Assembly: GCA_963837455.1 (NCBI GenBank)
Contig: CAWINM010000001.1
Coordinates: 2,184,202-2,248,201, forward strand
Source of the DNA: Thermoanaerobaculia bacterium
GTDB lineage: Bacteria > Acidobacteriota > Thermoanaerobaculia > Multivoradales > JAIOJS01
Direction: 5' to 3'
Length of the DNA stretch: 64,000 nucleotides
In this document: piece by piece, positions 57,139 to 64,000 of the stretch
Layout: every line of letters starts with the position of its first letter
Numbering within the stretch: position 1 is the first letter of the stretch
Made by a program: the position numbers and the translations under genes
The notes under the pieces: generated by a model
Seen by the model: the letters and a program-made list of their open reading frames with translations, nothing else
Database searches by the model: none
What the model was told of the DNA's origin: nothing

Positions 57139-59325
57139 ATGAGCTACGCCGGCAACCCCTCCTTGGCTCCCGACGTCCAGAAGCGCATCCTCGACACCTT
57201 CCGCCACACCCTCGACGTCGCGGCTCGGGGCAGCCTGGAGGAGGCCCGCCTCGGTTGCGACTTCGTGCTGCAGCTCGATCCCCAGTTCCTCCTCGCGCGG
57301 GCCCTCGCCGACCGCCTGCAGGGCGCCGCCGGCGCGGTGGCGGTGGACGACCTGCGCGCCAGTCTCGACGGCGACACGCTGACCCGCCCGGTGCCTTCGC
57401 TGGCCGCCGCACCCCCCCAGGCGCCGGCGGCCGCGCCGCGCCCGACCGCTCCGGGCCCCCCGCGTCCGGCCGCGCCGGCGCCGCCGCGCCCTGCCGCCGC
57501 GGCCTCCCCCGCCGCCGGCGCGGGTCTCCGCCAGGAGCTCGGGCGGCTGCTGGCGGCGCGTGACTTCGCGGGTCTCATGGCCCGCGCCCAGCAGGAGCAA
57601 GCGACGATCGCCGCTGACGCGGGGCTGCAGCAGCTTCTGGGGCAGGCGCAGGAGCTGATGGAGGCCGCCCCCTACGTCGACCGGTTCCTCTCCCAGGCCC
57701 AGCAGGCGCGCGCCGCCGGCCGCGCCGACGACGCGCGCGCCCTGCTCGACAAGGCGCGGGCGCTCGATCCCGCCCACCCCGCCCTCGCCCAGCACCAGGA
57801 GCCGGCCGCGCCGCCTCCGGCCTTCGCGAGCGGCGCCGCGCCCGGCTACCAGCCCGACGCCCCGCTGCTGCCGGACGACGCCGCGCTCGGTGAGCTCGGC
57901 GGCGACGAGGGGGACGAGCTGCCGATGGACCTGCCGCCCCTCGAGCTGCCCGACATCGAGGAGCTGCCCTCGGCCGAGGAGCTCTCGCTCGAGGGGCTCG
58001 CCGGCGAGTCGCCGCTCGCGGCGCCGGCGGCCGCCGGCGGCGCCTCCGATCCCGACCCGCGCATCGCCGAGCTGCTCGACGAAGGTCAGGCGCAGTTTCA
58101 GCGCGGCGATCTCCAGGGCGCCATCGATGCGTGGTCCCGTATCTTCCTCATCGACATCGACCATCACGAGGCGGCTCGCCGCATCGACGCCGCGCGCAAC
58201 GCCAAGGCCGAGCAGGAGCGGGTCATCGAGGAGGCCTATCAGGACGCCCTCGCGCAGGTGCAGGCGAAAGACTGGGAGGGCGCCAAGACAGCCTTGCAGC
58301 GGGTGCTCGAGCAGCAACCCAACCACATGGCGGCGCGCGAGATGCTCGCCAAGCTCGAGAGCGGCGAGGTGGCCGACCTGTCGGCGCCGTCCCGAGCGAA
58401 AGGCGAGTCGGGTCTGCTCGGCGAGCTCACGGGTATCGGCGACGAGGAGCTCAAGGAGGAGATCCTGGTGCCGCCGGAGCCGGGGGAGGAGCGAGCCCGT
58501 CCCGACGTCGGCAAGCCCAGGCCCGCTCCCTCGCGCCAGCGGCTGCTCGTCGTTGCCGCCGGCGTGCTGGTGCTGCTGCTCGCCGGGGGCTGGTTCCTGA
58601 TGAGCCGCTGGCAGTCGATCTTCCCCAACACGGACGCCGCCTCGAGCCGCGCCACTCCCGCCGTCGAACAGACGCCGATCACCCGTGCCACCGAGCTCTA
58701 CAAGCAGGGCAAGCGCGCGGTGGCGATCGCCCAGCTCAAGCGCGTGCCACCGGCGAGCCCCTACTACGAGGAGGCGCAGGCGCTGATCGGACAGTGGCAG
58801 CAGGAGGAGGCGAGAACCCAGGCTCCTGGCGGTCCGTCGTCCGAGCAGCTCGCGAAGCGCGACGCCCTCGTGGAGGAAGCGCGGCGAGCGGCGGCGGATC
58901 GGCACTTCCTGGCGGTGGGGCCGCTGCTCGCGAAAGCGGCGGCGATCGCACCGTTGACGGAGGACGAGCAGGCGCTCTCCGACCGCGCGCAGGCAGCGCT
59001 CGAGCCGCTCAAGTCGGTGCTGTCGCTGCTGCGCGCGGAGGAGTACGACCGCTCGCTGCACGACCTGTGGGTGGTGCTCGAGAAGGACAGCGGCAACGCC
59101 GACGCGCGGCTGATGCTCACCACCGCCTACTACAACAAGGGCATCATCAGCCTGCAGCAGGGCAAGCCCGACGACGCCGAAGAGAACCTCAAGGAGGCCG
59201 CCAGCCTCACCCCCGACGACGTCGAGGTGCAGCGCCTGCTGCAGCTCGCGCAGACGTACAAAGAGCGCACGCCCGACCTGCTCTATCGCATTTACACCAA
59301 GTACCTCAATCCGCGCCCGCTATGA
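57139..59325 (+). CDS. TPR-repeat protein with a Pro/Ala-rich linker and one TM helix
   Basis: ATG at 57139, a low-complexity PAAAPRP… segment, a TM helix LLVVAAGVLVLLLAGGWFL, and C-terminal TPR-like repeats. Confidence 0.75.
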   Translation: MSYAGNPSLAPDVQKRILDTFRHTLDVAARGSLEEARLGCDFVLQLDPQFLLARALADRLQGAAGAVAVDDLRASLDGDTLTRPVPSLAAAPPQAPAAAPRPTAPGPPRPAAPAPPRPAAAASPAAGAGLRQELGRLLAARDFAGLMARAQQEQATIAADAGLQQLLGQAQELMEAAPYVDRFLSQAQQARAAGRADDARALLDKARALDPAHPALAQHQEPAAPPPAFASGAAPGYQPDAPLLPDDAALGELGGDEGDELPMDLPPLELPDIEELPSAEELSLEGLAGESPLAAPAAAGGASDPDPRIAELLDEGQAQFQRGDLQGAIDAWSRIFLIDIDHHEAARRIDAARNAKAEQERVIEEAYQDALAQVQAKDWEGAKTALQRVLEQQPNHMAAREMLAKLESGEVADLSAPSRAKGESGLLGELTGIGDEELKEEILVPPEPGEERARPDVGKPRPAPSRQRLLVVAAGVLVLLLAGGWFLMSRWQSIFPNTDAASSRATPAVEQTPITRATELYKQGKRAVAIAQLKRVPPASPYYEEAQALIGQWQQEEARTQAPGGPSSEQLAKRDALVEEARRAAADRHFLAVGPLLAKAAAIAPLTEDEQALSDRAQAALEPLKSVLSLLRAEEYDRSLHDLWVVLEKDSGNADARLMLTTAYYNKGIISLQQGKPDDAEENLKEAASLTPDDVEVQRLLQLAQTYKERTPDLLYRIYTKYLNPRPL

Positions 59326-59849
59326 GCTCGCCTCGCGGACCCGAGCAGGCGACGCTGTTCGAGCTCGAGCTCGCCGAAGAACCGTTGCTCGAGGCCGAGC
59401 CCCCGATCCCCGCGCCCCTGCTCGCGCCCCTGAGCGCTGGCGATGCGGCGCCGATCGCGGCCCCCTTTCGCGGCCGGCTCTTTGCCGGCCTCGTCGATCT
59501 CGGCCTGCACGCCGGCGCCGCCGCGGCGGCACTCGGCGGCACGCGGCTCCTGGGCGTGCCGCCGGCGCTCCCGCAGCTGCCCGCCTTCGCCCTGCTCCTG
59601 CTCGTCTTCTCCCTCTTCTACACGGTCGTGCCGCTGGCCTTCTGGGGCAAGACGCCGGGGATGGCGGCGGCGGGGCTCCTCTGCCAGGCCGGCGACGACC
59701 TCCCGCTCACCTTCGCCGAGGCCCTGCGCCGCTGGCTGGGCGAGCTGGCGACGGTGCTCGCCCTCGGCCTGCCCGGGCTCCTCGCGCTCGGCGCGGGCCG
59801 CCGTTCGTTGGCCGACCGCTGGAGCGCCAGCGACCTGGTGGTGGAGTGA
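59322..59849 (+). CDS. RDD-family membrane protein
   Basis: ATG at 59322 overlaps the upstream stop in an ATGA. It has the RDD motif …SLADRWS…. Confidence 0.7.
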   Translation: MSSPRGPEQATLFELELAEEPLLEAEPPIPAPLLAPLSAGDAAPIAAPFRGRLFAGLVDLGLHAGAAAAALGGTRLLGVPPALPQLPAFALLLLVFSLFYTVVPLAFWGKTPGMAAAGLLCQAGDDLPLTFAEALRRWLGELATVLALGLPGLLALGAGRRSLADRWSASDLVVE

Positions 59850-59870
59850 GCGGCGGGCTCGGCCGCACGC

Positions 59871-60464
59871 TCAACTCCGTGCCGCGCGCCACACCGACCC
59901 GGCCATCCACAGGTTGCCCCCCGCAGTGACGGCGGCGAAGACGACGAAGGGGTCGATGCCCACCGGCCACAGCGCCAGTGCGCCGCCGAGCTGGTAGAGC
60001 ACACCGTAGGCGCGGAAAGGTGGGAACGCGAGGCTTCCCATGAGGAAGAACGAGTGACCGAGCAGCAGCAGCCAGAGCCCCGGCAGGAGGGTGCCGCGGT
60101 CGGCGGCGAGGAGCGCCAGCGACAGCACCAGCGCCACCAGCGAAAGGTTGCCCTGGATGGTCAGCGCCCAGCCCGCGAGTGGCGTCCGCCCGTGCTGGCG
60201 CCGGCCGCGACGGATGCCGCCGAGCTCGACCGCGCCGCCGAGCAGGATGGTCGCCGACCACAGACCGAGCACGCCGCCGGGGCCGAGCCCGGCGAGGACC
60301 GGCCGGGTGGCGAGCGAGGCCAGTGGCAGCAGCACGGCCCAGGCGAGCCAGGGCCAGGGGGAGACGAGGAACGGGCGACTGGCGGCGGCGAAGAGGTCGC
60401 GGGCGCGCTCGAGGTCGTCACTCCCAGTGGCGGCGGCCGGCAGCAGCGGATCGTACTCACCCAT
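59871..60464 (-). CDS. hypothetical multi-pass membrane protein
   Basis: The Met at 60464 (MGEYDPLL…) is followed by about six hydrophobic helices. Confidence 0.5.
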   Translation of the reverse strand: MGEYDPLLPAAATGSDDLERARDLFAAASRPFLVSPWPWLAWAVLLPLASLATRPVLAGLGPGGVLGLWSATILLGGAVELGGIRRGRRQHGRTPLAGWALTIQGNLSLVALVLSLALLAADRGTLLPGLWLLLLGHSFFLMGSLAFPPFRAYGVLYQLGGALALWPVGIDPFVVFAAVTAGGNLWMAGSVWRAARS

Positions 60465-60559
60465 GCCGCGGATGCTACCGCCGCGCGGTGGGAGGCTGGC
60501 TCCCTTCGCCGCGGCAGCGCTCGGCCGGCGCGCCGTTGGGGGCGGCCGCTGGTTCCTCT

Positions 60560-60730
60560 GGACCATGGCCGCCATCTCGCGGGGCTGCTTCCCGACGCGC
60601 GCCTGCACTCGCTGCCGCACTGCGGGCACATGCTCCAGCTCCGCTGCCCGCAGGCGCTCCCCCCCCTTCTGCGCGAGATCCTCGACGACGCGCGCCGACG
60701 GCGCGGCGGGTCGAGCGTCCCGGCGCGCCT
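60560..60730 (+). pseudogene. C-terminal remnant of an alpha/beta hydrolase (…LHSLPHCGHMLQLRCPQALPPLLREIL…)
   Basis: Only about 50 aa match, with no start codon and no nucleophile region. Confidence 0.35.
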
Positions 60731-60898
60731 CGAGGGTGCGTGCGGAGGCCCCGCGCGCCGCTCCGGAAGGTTTTGACGCTCCCGGGAGCGCATGTTAGAG
60801 TCGCCGCGCTTTTCGGCGCACCTCCTGCCTCGGGCCCCGTCCCCGGCGGTGGGTAGAACCTCACAAACAGCACTTCAAGCTAGCGGAGCCGGCCGTCA

Positions 60899-61322
60899 GT
60901 GAAGTTCGATGCCAGCTTGCTGGTGGTGGTCGCGATCTTTGGGGTCGCCTACTTCCTGCTCAAGTTCGCCTTCTTCGATCCGATGCTGCGCATCCTGCGG
61001 CGTGCGGGAGCGCCGCATCGAGGAGGCCCGCGACCTCTGGCAGCGAGCCAGCGCCGAGGTCGAGGCCGCCCTCACCACCGAGCGCCAGCGCCTGATCGCC
61101 GCGCGCCGCGAGGCGGCGGCCCGTCGCGAGGCGCTGCGCCGCGAGGCCCTCGAGAGCCGGCGAGCCCTGCTGGTCGAAGCCGAGGCCCACGCGCACCGGC
61201 GGCTCGAGGCGGCCAGCGCCGAGCTCGCCGCCCAGCGGCGGCGCGAGCAGCACACGCTCGACGAGCGCTCCGCGGCCCTCGCCGCACGCATCACCGAGCG
61301 GTTGGTGGGGAGGGCGGTGTGA
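60899..61322 (+). CDS. F-type ATP synthase subunit b' with an apparent frameshift at about 61001-61008
   Basis: TM N-terminus MKFDASLLVVVAIFGVAYFLLKFAFFDPMLRILRR in one frame. A coiled-coil tail ERRIEEARDLWQRASAEVEAAL… in the adjacent frame ends at TGA 61320-61322. Confidence 0.7.
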
Positions 61323-61915
61323 GCCGAGGCGCTTTGGGTCGCGGCCTGTCGGCGGTCGTCGCCGCAGCACTGCTGGCCGCGCCCGCGCTTGGCGCCGAGT
61401 CGGCGGAGCACGCCGGCAGCGGCACCTTCCTCGGCCTGCCGCGCGAGGTCTACTGGACGCTCAACCTCGTGGTCTTCCTCGGCGTCCTCTTCAAGTTCGC
61501 CGGGCCGCCGGTGGTGCGCTTCCTCGAGGACAAGCAGCGCCAGCTCGCCCACCAGCTCGCCGAGGCGCAGCGCCAGCGCGAGGAGGCCGAGACGATGGAG
61601 GCCCGCCTCGCCGCCCAGATCGCCGAGCTGCGGCGGGAGGTCGACGAGGTCGCCGCCCGCGCCGAGCGCGAGGGGGAGCGCGAGCGGGAGGAGATCCTTG
61701 CCGAGGCCGAGCGCGAGTGCGCGAGGATCGAGGCGGCGGTACGTGCCGAGATCGAGCAGGGGCTGCAACAGGCCCGTCAGCAGCTCACCTCGCACGCCGC
61801 GATGCTCGCCGCTGAGCTTGCCTCGCAACGCCTCACCGACGGGCTCAGCCGCGAGGACCGCAAGCGTCTCTTCCGCGACAACCTGGCGCGCCTCGAGCGC
61901 AAGGTGGAGGCATGA
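61319..61915 (+). CDS. atpF: F-type ATP synthase subunit b
   Basis: GTG start at 61319 overlapping the b' stop, a hydrophobic N-terminus, and a long coiled coil. Confidence 0.8.
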   Translation: MSRGALGRGLSAVVAAALLAAPALGAESAEHAGSGTFLGLPREVYWTLNLVVFLGVLFKFAGPPVVRFLEDKQRQLAHQLAEAQRQREEAETMEARLAAQIAELRREVDEVAARAEREGEREREEILAEAERECARIEAAVRAEIEQGLQQARQQLTSHAAMLAAELASQRLTDGLSREDRKRLFRDNLARLERKVEA

Positions 61916-62487
61916 GCGGCGTGCGGCGTATCGCTCGTCCCTACGCGCAGGCGCTGCTGGCGGTGGCGGCGTCGCTGGCGGAGGCCGCCGCGGTGCGCGA
62001 CGAGATCGCCGACTTCGCGGCGACGATCGGCGGCGACGACCGTTTGCGTGGCTTCTTCGCCAACCCGGCTTTGTCGCTCGAGGCCAAGCGGCGCGTGCTC
62101 GACCAGCTCCTCGCCCGCCTGGCCTTGCGGCCACTCTCCGGCCGTTTGCTGCAGGCGCTGCTGTCGCGGCACCGGCTGGGCCGGCTCGACGAGGTGGTAG
62201 CCGGGCTCACCGAGGCCATCCACCGGCGGCAGGGGGTCGCCGTCGCCGAGGTGACCACCGCCGAGCCGCTTGCCGACGACGAGCGGCAGCAGCTGCGGGC
62301 GGTGCTCGAAGGCAAGGTCGGCAAGCAGCTGGAGATGCGCGAGCACGTCGATCCGCGCTTGATCGCCGGCTTCGTGGCGCAGGTGGGCTCGCAGCTCTTC
62401 GACGGCAGCCTGCGCGGCCAGCTCGACCGTCTCGCCAGGGAGCTCGCGGGCACGTGGGCGGAGGGCACCGCGAAGACCGCCGCGTAG
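61912..62487 (+). CDS. atpH: F-type ATP synthase subunit delta
   Basis: OSCP/delta family (…RPYAQALLAVA…, …VAEVTTAEPL…). Confidence 0.85.
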   Translation: MSGVRRIARPYAQALLAVAASLAEAAAVRDEIADFAATIGGDDRLRGFFANPALSLEAKRRVLDQLLARLALRPLSGRLLQALLSRHRLGRLDEVVAGLTEAIHRRQGVAVAEVTTAEPLADDERQQLRAVLEGKVGKQLEMREHVDPRLIAGFVAQVGSQLFDGSLRGQLDRLARELAGTWAEGTAKTAA

Positions 62488-62611
62488 AGCGCCGGGAGGT
62501 GCGAGCCCAGCCCCCTCCCAGCCCAGCTCGTCGTAGGCGCCGGACGCCCGACGCCAGCTCAAATGCAGGGTGCGCCGGGCGCACCATCCGACCTGACCCA
62601 GGAGCGCGACC

Positions 62612-64000
<1,389 letters not shown>

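Noticed and set aside
52579-57140. Long minus-strand ORFs 52579-54702, 54708-57140 and 56350-59061
   Set aside because: They overlap rph/DUF1573 (real genes use parts of these frames), mpl, ftcD and the TPR gene, with R/A/P-rich translations. Only the sub-segments listed as features show homology.
57400-57520. Pro/Ala-rich repetitive stretch
   Set aside because: It is a low-complexity linker inside the TPR protein ORF, not a DNA repeat element.

Overview
This window is a high-GC (about 70%) bacterial chromosomal segment in three parts.

1. 0-18 kb holds signalling and secreted-protein genes: a PP2C/RsbU-like phosphatase, LamG-like lectin proteins, a HExxH lipoprotein peptidase, a large secreted hypothetical protein, the mug glycosylase, an alpha/beta hydrolase, and a beta-propeller hybrid sensor kinase with its NarL-type response regulator. 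It also holds a multiply frameshifted M20 peptidase.

2. About 18.4-42.5 kb is an accessory, island-like region that ends at tRNA-Glu(CUC), with no integrase found beside the tRNA. It contains three decayed copies of an ECF sigma factor + NmrA-like reductase module. It contains a SNF2 helicase with an N-terminal SWIM zinc finger. It contains a MazF-like toxin/antitoxin pair. It contains a group II intron whose reverse transcriptase is split by a nested IS21-family element (istA/istB) and also frameshifted, plus a second 5' fragment of a related intron. It contains a RepA-like replication initiator. It contains a large PrimPol-like / SF2 helicase / DUF559 fusion gene carrying a frameshift. It contains an AbiEi/AbiEii type IV toxin-antitoxin pair. 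It also contains a cNMP-binding thioredoxin-reductase fusion and several gene remnants.

3. 43.6-64 kb is core genome: an outer-membrane porin with znuA and znuB, a Ser/Thr kinase with a TonB-like C-terminus, a VOC-family gene, amiC, a GerMN lipoprotein, murI, rph, a DUF1573 protein, mpl, ftcD, a TPR protein, an RDD-family protein, and the ATP synthase genes b', b, delta and alpha (alpha runs off the window end).

A cross-cutting caveat: single-nucleotide frameshifts hit conserved essential genes (atpA twice, atpF', rph, mpl) as well as accessory genes. This points to indel errors in the assembly, so every pseudogene call here is provisional.

Many of the long minus-strand ORFs in the supplied track are GC-driven artefacts lying antisense to the real genes.
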